A stretch of DNA of 64,000 nucleotides from Planctomycetota bacterium (GTDB lineage Bacteria; Planctomycetota; B15-G4; SIAN01), in contig SIAN01000016.1 of assembly GCA_009691715.1 (NCBI GenBank), positions 389 to 64,388 on the forward strand, written 5' to 3'. Positions 50,317 through 60,088 of this stretch are shown here, in pieces; the first letter of the stretch is position 1; each line of letters begins with the position of its first letter. The position numbers were made by a program, and so were the translations under genes. The notes beneath the pieces were generated by a model that was not told the DNA's origin, did not search any database, and saw only the letters and a list, made by a program, of their open reading frames with translations.

Positions 50317-52587
50317 ATGAACCAACTCTTCCCAGAATCAGAATCCCCAACTGCGAGCGCACCGTGCCTCTTCGCGCGCGTGGCGGTCGCGCTGCCGGTC
50401 GATCGCTCGTTTCACTACCGCATCCCAGTGGCGCTCGCCGACAGCGTGGTTGTCGGCTCGCGCGTGCGCGTCCGCGTCTCCGGTCGGCCCGTGTGTGGCA
50501 CCGTGCTCGCGCTCGACCGCGTCGCCGATGTGGCGCGCGTGCTCGATGTCGAAGGCGTCTTCGGCGCAGAGGCGCGCGTCGCTCCGGAGGTGATCGACCT
50601 CTGCCGGTTCGTCGCCGACCGCTACGGCGCATCGCTCGGGGAGACGCTCGAAAGCGCGTTGCCGCCGCCCGTGCGCCACGGTCGCGGCATTCGCCAGGTT
50701 GTGGTCGTGCAGCTCGCCGCGCCGTTCGCCGATCCGAAGCGGGCCAGACTCGAAGCCGACGTGCTGCTGGCGAAGCACGAAAAGCAGGCGCGGCTGCTGC
50801 GGCTGCTGGCGGAGGCCGGCGGAGGCGTGAGGGAGATCGACCTGCTGCGACGGGCGCAGGTCGGCAAATCGCCGCTCGAGAGTCTGGAACGGCGTGGACT
50901 CGTCGCCCGCACGCGCGTCGATGATCCAGGAGACCCGGCGTTTCTCGCGTCGCCCTCTGCCCGTATCCCGCCGCCGCTGCCGACGTCCGAGCAGGTGGCG
51001 GCAGTGAGCGCCGTCGAGTTGGCGCTCGAATCGCGCGAGCATCGCGGCTTCCTGCTGTTCGGCATCACTGGCAGCGGCAAGACCGAGGTCTACCTGCGCT
51101 CGCTCGAAGAGGCGTTGAAGCGTGGCCGCCGCGGCATTGTCCTCGTGCCAGAGATCTCCCTTACCCCGCAGACGGTGGCGCGCTTCCGCGGGCGATTCGA
51201 TCGCGTTGCCGTACTCCACTCGGCGCTGGCGGAGCGCGACCGCCTGCGCGAATGGCGGCGCATCGCGTCAGGCGCCGTCGACGTCGTGGTCGGCGCACGA
51301 TCCGCGATCTTCGCGCCGCTGCCCGACTTAGGGCTAGTCGTCGTCGACGAAGAGCACGAGCCGAGCTTCAAGCAGCAGAACCCGCCGCGGTACCACGCGC
51401 GCGAGGTGGCACTCGAGCGGGCGCGCCGGGCGGGCGCCGTCGTCGTGCTCGGCTCGGCGACCCCGAGCCTCGAGTCGTGGGCCGCCGCAAGTGCTGGCAG
51501 GCTCACGCTGCTGCGACTGCGCGAACGGGTCGGCGGTGGCGCGCTTCCGGAGACGCAGGTCCTCGACTTGTCGCACATGCCCTTCACCAAGCACGCGAGC
51601 ATGCTCACCGACCGGTTGCGCGCCGCGCTCGAAGAGGTGCTGCGCCGTGGCGAGCAGGCGATTCTGTTCCTGAATCGACGCGGCTTCGCGCGCCTGTCGC
51701 TCTGCCCGGGCTGCAAGGAGGCGGTGCAGTGCCCTGATTGCGACGTCGCGTTGGTCTTCCATCAGCGCGCGGAGCGGTTGATCTGCCACCTTTGCGGTCG
51801 TGAGCAGGCGCCCGACGCGCGTTGCGCGAAGTGCGGCAAGCCCGGCATGCGCTTCCTCGGCTTCGGGACCGAGCGGGTCGAACAGGAACTGCGCCGCAAC
51901 TTTCCGCGCGCCCGCGTGGCACGCATGGACAGCGACACCACGGCGGCGCAGGGCTCCCATGAGCGGATCCTTGGCGCTTTCGGGCGCGGCGAGTCCGACT
52001 TCCTGGTTGGGACCCAGATGATCGCCAAAGGACTCGACTTCCCGCGGGTCACGCTGGTGGGGATCGTCTCGGCCGACACTTCGCTGTCGGTGCCCGATTG
52101 GCGCGCCAGCGAGCGGACGTTTCAGCTGGTCGCGCAGGTCGCCGGTCGCGCCGGTCGATCCGCGCGTGGCGGCCGGGTGATCGTGCAGACTCTCCACCCG
52201 CAGCATCCGGCGATCACCTGCGCGGTTCGACATGACTACGAGGCGTTCGTCGCCGCCGAATTGCCGCTGCGCGCCGAGGCGAACTATCCGCCGTTCACCC
52301 AGATCGTCCGCATCCTGGTGTCGCACGCCGATGTCGATCGCACGCGCGGGGCCGCCGAGAAGGCGAAGGCGAAGCTCGCGCCCATGGCCGGTGAGTTCGG
52401 CGTGGAGCTGCTGGGGCCGGCGCCGTGCCCGATCGAGCGGGTGCGCGGCCGCTGGCGCTGGCAACTCCTCCTCAAGTGCCGTGAAGTGAAGGAGCTGACG
52501 CGCGTGGTGGCATGGGCGCGCGAGCGGGTGGCGCAGAGTGCACCGGTTCGCGTGACGCTCGACGTGGATCCCGGCTCGATGCTTTGA
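50317..52587 (+). CDS. priA: Primosomal protein N' (replication restart helicase PriA)
   Basis: ATG 50317. GITGSGKTEVY, VVDEEHE. Cys-rich zinc region CPGC..CPDC...C.LCG...C.KCG. Track start 49930 rejected. Confidence 0.93.
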   Translation: MNQLFPESESPTASAPCLFARVAVALPVDRSFHYRIPVALADSVVVGSRVRVRVSGRPVCGTVLALDRVADVARVLDVEGVFGAEARVAPEVIDLCRFVADRYGASLGETLESALPPPVRHGRGIRQVVVVQLAAPFADPKRARLEADVLLAKHEKQARLLRLLAEAGGGVREIDLLRRAQVGKSPLESLERRGLVARTRVDDPGDPAFLASPSARIPPPLPTSEQVAAVSAVELALESREHRGFLLFGITGSGKTEVYLRSLEEALKRGRRGIVLVPEISLTPQTVARFRGRFDRVAVLHSALAERDRLREWRRIASGAVDVVVGARSAIFAPLPDLGLVVVDEEHEPSFKQQNPPRYHAREVALERARRAGAVVVLGSATPSLESWAAASAGRLTLLRLRERVGGGALPETQVLDLSHMPFTKHASMLTDRLRAALEEVLRRGEQAILFLNRRGFARLSLCPGCKEAVQCPDCDVALVFHQRAERLICHLCGREQAPDARCAKCGKPGMRFLGFGTERVEQELRRNFPRARVARMDSDTTAAQGSHERILGAFGRGESDFLVGTQMIAKGLDFPRVTLVGIVSADTSLSVPDWRASERTFQLVAQVAGRAGRSARGGRVIVQTLHPQHPAITCAVRHDYEAFVAAELPLRAEANYPPFTQIVRILVSHADVDRTRGAAEKAKAKLAPMAGEFGVELLGPAPCPIERVRGRWRWQLLLKCREVKELTRVVAWARERVAQSAPVRVTLDVDPGSML

Positions 52588-52620
52588 GGCGCGCTACCGC
52601 GTGGAGCTGTCGCGCGGCGC

Positions 52621-53040
52621 TCAGCTGAAGTACTGGAGCATCAGCCAGAGCAGCCCGCCGAGCCCGATCACGGCGCCGAAGAGGACTGCCAGCAGTCCCT
52701 TGCCCACCGTGCCGCCCCAACCCTTCTTCAGCGCATCCTCGAGTCTCGTGACGTCGCGATCGATTTGTTCGAGCGACTTGCGGTCGACCCCGTCGCGAGG
52801 ATTCAACATGCGGTGCAGCTCGGTCTGCATCGCGACCAGCTTCGGCAAGTGCGCGCGCCCCGCTTCGAGCCGCTTGCTGGCAACGATGGCGTCGAGTGAC
52901 CCGACGAGCTGGCGGAATCTCTGGCGTGAATCGGTGAGCGTCTCACCGAGGAAGTTGGTGCCGGCGGGCTGGAAGGCGGAGGGGGCGGGCATGGCGGGCG
53001 GCGCTCGAGTTCGGGGGGGTGGCGGTACCGATTGAACCAC
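52621..53040 (-). CDS. Small C-terminally (tail-)anchored hypothetical protein
   Basis: High GC3. C-terminal TM GLLAVLFGAVIGLGGLLWLMLQYFS. Start GTG 53040 or ATG 52992. Confidence 0.6.
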   Translation of the reverse strand: MVQSVPPPPRTRAPPAMPAPSAFQPAGTNFLGETLTDSRQRFRQLVGSLDAIVASKRLEAGRAHLPKLVAMQTELHRMLNPRDGVDRKSLEQIDRDVTRLEDALKKGWGGTVGKGLLAVLFGAVIGLGGLLWLMLQYFS

Positions 53041-53199
53041 GGCGACGTTCGACGACTCAAGAGGTCACCGCTTCCCGCCGGGGGGCGGAAGACTCGTCCG
53101 GTCGTCAGAACTGGCGGCCGCAGCGGCTGAAGGTAGGAAAGACTCGTCGTTTCCGCTCGGGTCGCGTCCTACCTCCCGGCTCCCGCTGGAGTTCCCTCC

Positions 53200-53574
53200 G
53201 TGCGACGCTTCGCCAAGCTCGTGTTCGCGCTCTTCGCTGGTTCCGGTTTCGCGCACGCGGTCTCGGCGGGTGCCCCTCCGGTAGCGCCCACGGTCGTCGC
53301 AGCGGACGGTGTCGTGGTCGAACAGGCGACACGCGCCGACCGCGAGTTGGTGGTGCGATTGCGCAGCGACGCGGACCTGTCGGCGCTGCAGACGGTGGCG
53401 GTGCTGGTCGCCACCGGCAGCGACGGACAGAGGGTCGAGATCGCTCGCGCGCCACTTGATCGCCGCATTTTTGATCGATCGCCGCGTCGCCGTGCGCGCG
53501 TCGCCACCGCGCGTTTCGCGTTGCCGGACGGGGCGCCAGAGGACCTCCGAATCGAGCTCGCCTCCGGCCGCTGA
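53200..53574 (+). CDS. Small secreted hypothetical protein
   Basis: GTG start. Signal peptide MRRFAKLVFALFAGSGFAHA. 124 aa. Confidence 0.55.
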   Translation: MRRFAKLVFALFAGSGFAHAVSAGAPPVAPTVVAADGVVVEQATRADRELVVRLRSDADLSALQTVAVLVATGSDGQRVEIARAPLDRRIFDRSPRRRARVATARFALPDGAPEDLRIELASGR

Positions 53575-53775
53575 ACCGAAGGCCGCTTCCCGATCGCGGC
53601 GCTCGTGCCGACGCGTCGCCGGAAAGTCTTTCGGAGCGCCACCCCCGGTCCCGGGGCGGCACTCCGCGTGGTCGAATCCACGTTCCATTCAGCGCACGGA
53701 TGAGGGCGAGACCGCCATGTGACGAGTTCGCGCAACGGGGGCGCGAGCTGCAAGACGTCGCACGGAGGGCGCGAA

Positions 53776-54990
53776 GTGGGCCGCAAGTCGAAACAACCGG
53801 GTTTCCGCGTGTTCGCGGCCGCGAGTCTCCTGGCGAGCCCGGCGGCAGCGCAATCGTGGTTCGAACGCGAGCAACTGACTGGCGACTGGGATGGTGCGCG
53901 CGCCACGCTGGCCGGGCAGGGGATCGCGATCGAAGGTGGTTGGACGGGCGAGCTGGCAGGCGTTCTCGACGGCGGCGTCCGCGAGCGCAGCACCTTTCAC
54001 AACCTGCTCGATCTGCACATCACGCTCGACCTCGATCTGCTGGCGGGCATCCCGTCGGCGACGATCTTCGCCGACGCGTACGTACTGAACGGCCGGCAGG
54101 TCAGCTACGACGTCGGCGACTGGCAGGCAGTGTCGAACATCGACGCAGCGCCGATGCAGCAGGTGGCCGAGTTCTGGTGGGAGCAGCGCCTGTTCGACGA
54201 CGCGCTGCGGCTGAAGGTTGGCAAGGTCGATGCCTACAGCGAGTTCGGCATGGTCGAGAACGGCGGCGAGTTCCTCCATTCGTCGTTCGCGGCCTCGCCG
54301 ACGACCGGGATTGTCGGCTATCCCGACCCGGCGTCCGCGATCTGCGCGTTCTGGAGCTGCTGCGAAGACTCCGTCGTGTCGCTCGGCTGCTTCGACGGCT
54401 CCGCTCAGGAGGGGATGCTCACCGGCGGCCGTGGCATGCAGACCTTCCTCGGCGCGCCCGACGACCTCTATTTCATCGGCGAGATCGGGACGCGTTGGTG
54501 TTGCTGCGAGTCGGAGCTGGCGGGTCGCGCGGCATTCGGCGTCTCCCACCACACCGGCGACTTCGATCGCTTCGGCGGCGGCACCAAGGACGGCGTGAAG
54601 AGCTGGTACGCGACGCTCGATCAGCAGCTTTGGCGCGAAGATCCAGCGGACGCGGAGAACCTGCAGGGCCTCGCGCTGGCGCTGCTCACCGGGATCGCGG
54701 ACGACGAGGTGAACGAACTCGACAGCCACCTTTCGATCGGCATGCAGCGCACCGGCCTGTTCGAGGGCCGCGACGACGACGTGGTCGGATTCGCGTTCTC
54801 GTACGTCGAGTTTGCCGCCGACGCCGGCTTCGGCGAGGACGAGGAACTCGCGATCGAGCTGGTCTGGAAGGTCCAGGCCACGCCATGGCTGGTCGTGCGT
54901 CCCGACCTGCAGTACGTGATCCATCCGGGCGGTGATTTGAGTCTCGACGACGTGTGGGTCGGGATGCTCCGCGTCGATGTGACGTTTTGA
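53776..54990 (+). CDS. OprB-like carbohydrate-selective porin family protein
   Basis: GGAGGG lies 6 nt before GTG 53776. Signal ..FAAASLLASPAAAQS. LTGDWDGARATLAGQGI and a terminal ..VDVTF beta-barrel-type ending. Track start 53719 is possible. Confidence 0.7.
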   Translation: MGRKSKQPGFRVFAAASLLASPAAAQSWFEREQLTGDWDGARATLAGQGIAIEGGWTGELAGVLDGGVRERSTFHNLLDLHITLDLDLLAGIPSATIFADAYVLNGRQVSYDVGDWQAVSNIDAAPMQQVAEFWWEQRLFDDALRLKVGKVDAYSEFGMVENGGEFLHSSFAASPTTGIVGYPDPASAICAFWSCCEDSVVSLGCFDGSAQEGMLTGGRGMQTFLGAPDDLYFIGEIGTRWCCCESELAGRAAFGVSHHTGDFDRFGGGTKDGVKSWYATLDQQLWREDPADAENLQGLALALLTGIADDEVNELDSHLSIGMQRTGLFEGRDDDVVGFAFSYVEFAADAGFGEDEELAIELVWKVQATPWLVVRPDLQYVIHPGGDLSLDDVWVGMLRVDVTF

Positions 54991-55042
54991 TGGGGCGAGT
55001 CGTCTTGCCGCAGCGTGAAGTCCCAGGCCAGGAGCGCCCTCG

Positions 55043-56962
55043 TCACTGAGGCGTAGTCTCCGCCAGCACGTTCTTCAGCGCCAGCAGTCCGTACGCGGTG
55101 CTGCAGCTCTTCCCGATCTCATGGTCGTCGAGGAACGCGCCGTCGATCTCCGGCAGAGCCGCGATCTTCTCGAGCAGCCAGTGCTTGAGCGGAGGCTGCG
55201 CAGCCGGCGGCAGCAGTCCGATCGAGACCGACGTGTGGTACACGTCATGGAAGAAGAAGAAGCCCCCGAGCTCGCCATCGGTGTGGAAGTCGCATTTCGA
55301 GATCTTCTCGAAGCGGTCGTAGAACTGCTGATAGGTCGAGAGCGCATGGGCCAAGCGGCGGATGTCCGAGCGGCCGGCCGCGAACAGCTCACCTTCGCAG
55401 AGCGGCATTCGGCCGGACGAGTTCTTGGCGTGGTCGGCGTGAGGTGAGGGCGCCCCTTTCGCGCCGGCCCCGCCGTACGCGAAGGTCCCATCGGCGTGAC
55501 GCGCGCCTTCAAGTCCTTCGAGCCCCTTCGCCAGCTGAGCGTCTTGCACTGCGACGCCGCGCGCCTTCGCTCGCCGCAGCGCGTCAAGAGCGATCGCGGT
55601 CGAGAACGCGTTGGGATACTCGTGCGCCCACTGGCCGTTCATGCCCTGGGTCTTCGTCAACGCCGCGGTCAGCCGCGTCATCCGCTCGATCAGGATCGAG
55701 CGTTGCGCATCGTCCTCGGTCTGCTCGAGCGAACGGTCGAGATAGAGGATTCGGTAGGCGTGCGCGTAGCACTCCTCGTTCTCGCCCACGTTCAGGCGTC
55801 CGCCGCCTTCGCCGAACAGATAGGCCTCGGCGCGGATGAGCGCGGCATCGATTTCATCGGGGGCGAGGTCGCGCCACTCGAGCAGCGCCGTCGCCGACAA
55901 CGCCGTGATCGCCATCCAGGCATTCGGCGTGATCGCGGCGGTGCTCCAGTAGGCGTAGCGGCAGTCATTCCAGGAGCCGTCGGCGCGCTGCATCTTGAGC
56001 AGCCACTGCACCGCGCGATCGGCGATGTTCTCGGCATCCGCGGGCGTCCGGCGCCAGCGCGTGTCTCGCGGCAGCACGCCATCCTGGGGCAGCGCCGTCT
56101 CGTAGGGCCATTCGAATGCGTGGCGCGCCGCGCCGGCCGGGGTCTGGTCCGGCGTGATCAGCAGGTTCGCCGCCGCGCGCCACGCGAACGGGCTCTCCGG
56201 ATCGCTCTCCGTCAGCGCACGCCATCCGGCCAGCGCCTGCTCGTCGCGACCCGACAGCCAGTGGGTGAGCGCGTCGTAGTAGGCGGTGCGCGTCTTCTCC
56301 AGAAGCGCGGGTTCAGGCGTCGCGAAGACGTCGGCCGCCGACGGCTTCTGGTCTTCGGGATCGAGCTCCGGTCGCGCTGCGAGCACGCGGCCGAGCACCG
56401 CCGCGAACCAGCGCGGATCGAACGTGCGGATGTGGTCGATGACGTGGACGACCTTGCCGTTTGGCGCGAGGAAGACCAGCGCCGGTTCCAGGCTCTCCCA
56501 TGCGACCAGCCCGAACTCCTTGCCGACCTCCTTCGACAGCCGCGTGCGCAGCGGGACGAAGTTGTCGCGCACCAACGCGACGAGGTCGGGATCGCTCCAG
56601 AGCAGTTGGTCCATGTAGTCGTCGAGCAGCGGCGCGCGATACATCTGGCCACCCTCGAAGCGCCAGACGTGCCAGAGCACCATGCGCTGTTCCGCTTGCG
56701 CGCGCGATAGCGCTTCGCCGATCTTCTGCTTCAGCGCCGACGCCGGCAGCTCGCCCTGGGTGAGGGCGTTGCTATCGAGCTTTTTGCCGTCGCGCAGGTA
56801 CTGGAACGCGCCGCCCGCCTCGTCGACGCCAGGCAGGTCGCGGATCCACTCGATCTGGCTGCCGCAGCGCTCCGCCATCGCCTTCAGCTTCGGCTGGTCG
56901 AGTTGCGAGGTGTCGTGGGGCGCGAACGACGATGCGGCCAGGATCAACGTGAGCATCAGCAT
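55043..56962 (-). CDS. Secreted thioredoxin-like (no CxxC) plus prenyltransferase/terpene-cyclase-like alpha/alpha-toroid repeat protein
   Basis: AGGAGG immediately upstream (ATG 56962 or 56956). Signal peptide. Repeats AVQWLLKMQRADGSWND, LTKTQGMNGQWAHEY, GARHADGTFAYG. Confidence 0.75.
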   Translation of the reverse strand: MLMLTLILAASSFAPHDTSQLDQPKLKAMAERCGSQIEWIRDLPGVDEAGGAFQYLRDGKKLDSNALTQGELPASALKQKIGEALSRAQAEQRMVLWHVWRFEGGQMYRAPLLDDYMDQLLWSDPDLVALVRDNFVPLRTRLSKEVGKEFGLVAWESLEPALVFLAPNGKVVHVIDHIRTFDPRWFAAVLGRVLAARPELDPEDQKPSAADVFATPEPALLEKTRTAYYDALTHWLSGRDEQALAGWRALTESDPESPFAWRAAANLLITPDQTPAGAARHAFEWPYETALPQDGVLPRDTRWRRTPADAENIADRAVQWLLKMQRADGSWNDCRYAYWSTAAITPNAWMAITALSATALLEWRDLAPDEIDAALIRAEAYLFGEGGGRLNVGENEECYAHAYRILYLDRSLEQTEDDAQRSILIERMTRLTAALTKTQGMNGQWAHEYPNAFSTAIALDALRRAKARGVAVQDAQLAKGLEGLEGARHADGTFAYGGAGAKGAPSPHADHAKNSSGRMPLCEGELFAAGRSDIRRLAHALSTYQQFYDRFEKISKCDFHTDGELGGFFFFHDVYHTSVSIGLLPPAAQPPLKHWLLEKIAALPEIDGAFLDDHEIGKSCSTAYGLLALKNVLAETTPQ

Positions 56963-57018
56963 CCTCCTTCGCGTGCGCTACGGCCGCAGATTGCGACCGG
57001 CGCGGAATCGGGCGCGAC

Positions 57019-57114
57019 GGTACCGCGGCAAGCCGGTACCGCGGCAAGCCGGTACCGCGGCAAGCCGGTACCGCGGCAAGCCGGTACCGCGGCAAGCCGG
57101 TACCGCGGCGCGAC
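57019..57114. repeat. Intergenic 16-nt perfect tandem repeat (ggtaccgcggcaagcc, about 5.6 copies) flanked by gcgcgacgg on both sides
   Basis: Read directly. Units carry GGTACC and CCGCGG palindromes. Lies between the carA stop and the start of the 55043..56962 gene. Confidence 0.95.
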
Positions 57115-57116
57115 GG

Positions 57117-58268
57117 TCAGCGCGTCGCGATGGCGGCGCGGTGCTGCGTGATCAACGACTTGAAGCGCTCGAACAGGTAGAGCGAGTCGTGCGGTCCGGG
57201 CGCCGCTTCAGGGTGGTACTGCACCGAGAATGCGGGCGCCTTGGTGCAACGCAGCCCCTCGACCGTGCCGTCGTTCAGGTTGATGTGGGTGACTTCGGCC
57301 GCCGCGGGATCGAGCGTCTCGGGATCGACCATGAACGAGTGGTTCTGGGCGGTGATTTCGATCTGTCCGGTGGTCTTGTCGAGCACCGGCTGGTTCGCGC
57401 CGTGGTGGCCGAACGGCATCTTGCGCGTCTTGCCGCCGAGCGCGAGGCCGAGCAGTTGGTGCCCGAGGCAGATGCCGAAGAACGGCACGCGCTGCTCGAG
57501 GAAGGCGCGCGCGTTCTCGATCGCGTAGCGGACCGGCTCGGGATCGCCGGGACCGTTCGAGAAGAACACGCCGTCGGGATTCCGCTGCAGCGCCTCGCTC
57601 CACGGCGTCGACGCCGGCAGCACCTCGACGTCGAAGCCGGTTGCGACCAGGTTGCGCAGGATGTTGTTCTTCATCCCGAAGTCGTAGGCGATCACTTTGA
57701 AGCGCGGGCCGTTGCGCCAAGTGCCAGGAGGTTGGAACTTGTCGGAATCGACCGAGCGGTCCCAAGTCTCGGCCTGCCGACGAGTGACTTGAGCCACCAG
57801 ATCGATCCCGTCGGTCTTCGGCGACTTCTGCACGCGATCACGCAGCCGTGCCGGGTCGCCCTCGACCGTGGAGATGCCGACGCGCTGGACGCTGCCGGAG
57901 CGGATCTTCCGGACGATCGCGCGCGTGTCGACTTCGGCGATGCCGACCACGCCTTGGCGATCGAGCCACGTGTCGAGGTCGATCGCGCTGCGGAAGTTCG
58001 ACGCGACCTTCGACAGTTCGCGCACGACGAAACCTTCGAGCCAGCAGCGCCCGCTCTCGCCGTCGTCGTCCGCGATGCCGTAGTTGCCGATGAGCGGGTA
58101 GGTCATCACCACGACCTGCCCCTTGTAGGACGGGTCGGTGAGGATCTCCTGGTATCCGCTCATCGAGGTGTTGAACACCACCTCGCCGAACGTCTCGCCC
58201 TTCTTGCCGATGCCGACGCCGCGAAACGCAGTGCCGTCCTCGAAGACGAGCCAGGCCGGTGCGCGCAT
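57117..58268 (-). CDS. carA: Carbamoyl-phosphate synthase small (glutaminase) subunit
   Basis: ATG 58268 ([15 protein letters not shown]). [28 protein letters not shown]. Track start 58367 rejected. Confidence 0.93.
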   Translation of the reverse strand: MRAPAWLVFEDGTAFRGVGIGKKGETFGEVVFNTSMSGYQEILTDPSYKGQVVVMTYPLIGNYGIADDDGESGRCWLEGFVVRELSKVASNFRSAIDLDTWLDRQGVVGIAEVDTRAIVRKIRSGSVQRVGISTVEGDPARLRDRVQKSPKTDGIDLVAQVTRRQAETWDRSVDSDKFQPPGTWRNGPRFKVIAYDFGMKNNILRNLVATGFDVEVLPASTPWSEALQRNPDGVFFSNGPGDPEPVRYAIENARAFLEQRVPFFGICLGHQLLGLALGGKTRKMPFGHHGANQPVLDKTTGQIEITAQNHSFMVDPETLDPAAAEVTHINLNDGTVEGLRCTKAPAFSVQYHPEAAPGPHDSLYLFERFKSLITQHRAAIATR

Positions 58269-58296
58269 GAGGGACCTTCGCGGAAAGTGGGGGGGC

Positions 58297-59037
58297 CTAC
58301 TGTGGCCGCCGCCGCGTCTTCCCGCTGCGTTCGCTGGAGCGTCCGCTCCGCGATCGCCGCGGCGCACGGTTCACGAGCGCGGCACTGTAGCCCGCGCCGA
58401 AACCGTTGTCGATGTTGACGACCGTGATGCCGGCCGCGCACGAGTTGATCATCGTCAGCAGGGCCGCGAGACCGCGGAACGAGGCGCCGTAGCCGACGCT
58501 AGTCGGCACCGCGATCACCGGGCGATCGAGGAGACCGGCGACGACGCTCGGCAAGGCTCCTTCCATGCCCGCCACGACGACCACGACTCGCGCCTTCCGG
58601 ATCCGTGGAAGGGCACGGAACAAGCGGTGGATTCCGGCGACGCCGACGTCGTAGTGGGTGGCGACGCGCGCGCCCATCAGCGAGGCGGTGATCCGAGCCT
58701 CTTCGGCCACCCGGAGGTCGGCGGTGCCCGCGGCGACGATCGCGACCAGCCCTTCGCCGCCCGCCGCGCGCTTGCGTTGCCAGGTGATCGCGCGGGCCAG
58801 TTCATGCCAGCGCGCCGATTTCACTTTTTGGCGCACCGCCGCGAATGCCGCCGGTTCGCAGCGGGTCGCGAGCACGCGGTCGGCGTGCGCCGCGAGTTCG
58901 GCGAAGATCCCGGCGACCTGTGCCGGGCTCTTGCCGGAACCGAGGATCACCTCGGGGAATCCGCAGCGGCGTGCGCGGTCGTGGTCGACCTGCGCGAAGC
59001 CGAGATCGGTCGACGCGAGCGGGCGTCGCTTGCTCAC
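58297..59037 (-). CDS. larB: LarB-like (PurE-family) nickel-pincer cofactor biosynthesis carboxylase/hydrolase
   Basis: GTGA overlap with tsaD. D..R..R.GFPEVI.G.GK., [37 protein letters not shown]. Confidence 0.8.
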   Translation of the reverse strand: MSKRRPLASTDLGFAQVDHDRARRCGFPEVILGSGKSPAQVAGIFAELAAHADRVLATRCEPAAFAAVRQKVKSARWHELARAITWQRKRAAGGEGLVAIVAAGTADLRVAEEARITASLMGARVATHYDVGVAGIHRLFRALPRIRKARVVVVVAGMEGALPSVVAGLLDRPVIAVPTSVGYGASFRGLAALLTMINSCAAGITVVNIDNGFGAGYSAALVNRAPRRSRSGRSSERSGKTRRRPQ

Positions 59038-60080
59038 GGTGCCGGCGCCGGTGCGAGAGCGCGCGCGTGGGCGTCAAGATCGAGTCCGGCGCGAACCCCT
59101 TCCGCGAACAGCAGCCGACCGAGACCCGCCACCATCACCGCGTTGTCGGTGGTGAGCTCGCGCGGAGCGAGGTGAAGGCCAAGCCCCTTCTCGGCCGCAA
59201 GCTCCGTGACCCGTTCGCGCAACCGCCGGTTCGCGGCGACCCCACCGCCGACCGCGAGCGACCGCGCACCGATCCGCTCGGCAAGTCGCGCGAGCTTGGT
59301 CGTCAGCACGTCGACGACTGCGTCCTGGAACGACGCGCAGACATCGCGCACCTCCTGTTCGTCGAGCGTCCGGCGGTCGCGCAGGTTCTGGCCGCGGCAG
59401 TGATAGAGCACGGACGTCTTGATCCCGGAGAAGCTGAAATCGAGCGAGTCGCGCGCGAGCAACGAGCGCGGGAAGCGGAAGCGCTTGCGGTCGCCGCCTT
59501 CCGCCATCCGGTCGATGAGCGGTCCGCCGGGATAGCCGAGCCCGACGATGGCGGCGACCTTGTCGAACGCCTCGCCCGCAGCATCGTCGATCGTCTCGCC
59601 GAGCTTGGTGTGGCGCGTCAGCGATTCGACCGCGAACAACGAAGAATGCCCGCCCGATGCCACCAAGCAGGCAGCTGGCAGTTGTGGCTCGGCCACGCCG
59701 TGGAAGCAGGAGTAGATGTGCGCCGCGACGTGATCGACCGGCACCAGCGGCACGTCGAGCGCGAGCGCGAGTGCCTTCGCCGTCGAGACACCGACCAGCA
59801 GCGAGCCGATCAGCCCCGGCTGGCAAGTCACCGCGATCGCGCGCACGTCGCTCTTCTGCGCTCGGGCCCGCTCGAAGCACTCTTCGAGCACGGGCACCAT
59901 GTGCTCCACATGGCTGCGGCCGGCGATTTCGGGGACGACGCCGCCGAACACCGTGTGCAGGTCGATCTGGCTGCGGACGACCGACGCGCGCACCGTGCCG
60001 TCGGCTTCGAGCAGCGCCGCCGCCGTTTCGTCGCACGAGCTTTCGATGCCGAGGATCAGACCGTCGAGCGGCAGCCCCAT
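59034..60080 (-). CDS. tsaD: tRNA N6-adenosine threonylcarbamoyltransferase
   Basis: ILGIESSCDETAAA, VVPEIAGRSH, GGVAAN. Confidence 0.93.
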   Translation of the reverse strand: MGLPLDGLILGIESSCDETAAALLEADGTVRASVVRSQIDLHTVFGGVVPEIAGRSHVEHMVPVLEECFERARAQKSDVRAIAVTCQPGLIGSLLVGVSTAKALALALDVPLVPVDHVAAHIYSCFHGVAEPQLPAACLVASGGHSSLFAVESLTRHTKLGETIDDAAGEAFDKVAAIVGLGYPGGPLIDRMAEGGDRKRFRFPRSLLARDSLDFSFSGIKTSVLYHCRGQNLRDRRTLDEQEVRDVCASFQDAVVDVLTTKLARLAERIGARSLAVGGGVAANRRLRERVTELAAEKGLGLHLAPRELTTDNAVMVAGLGRLLFAEGVRAGLDLDAHARALAPAPAP

Positions 60081-60088
60081 CGCGCGCC

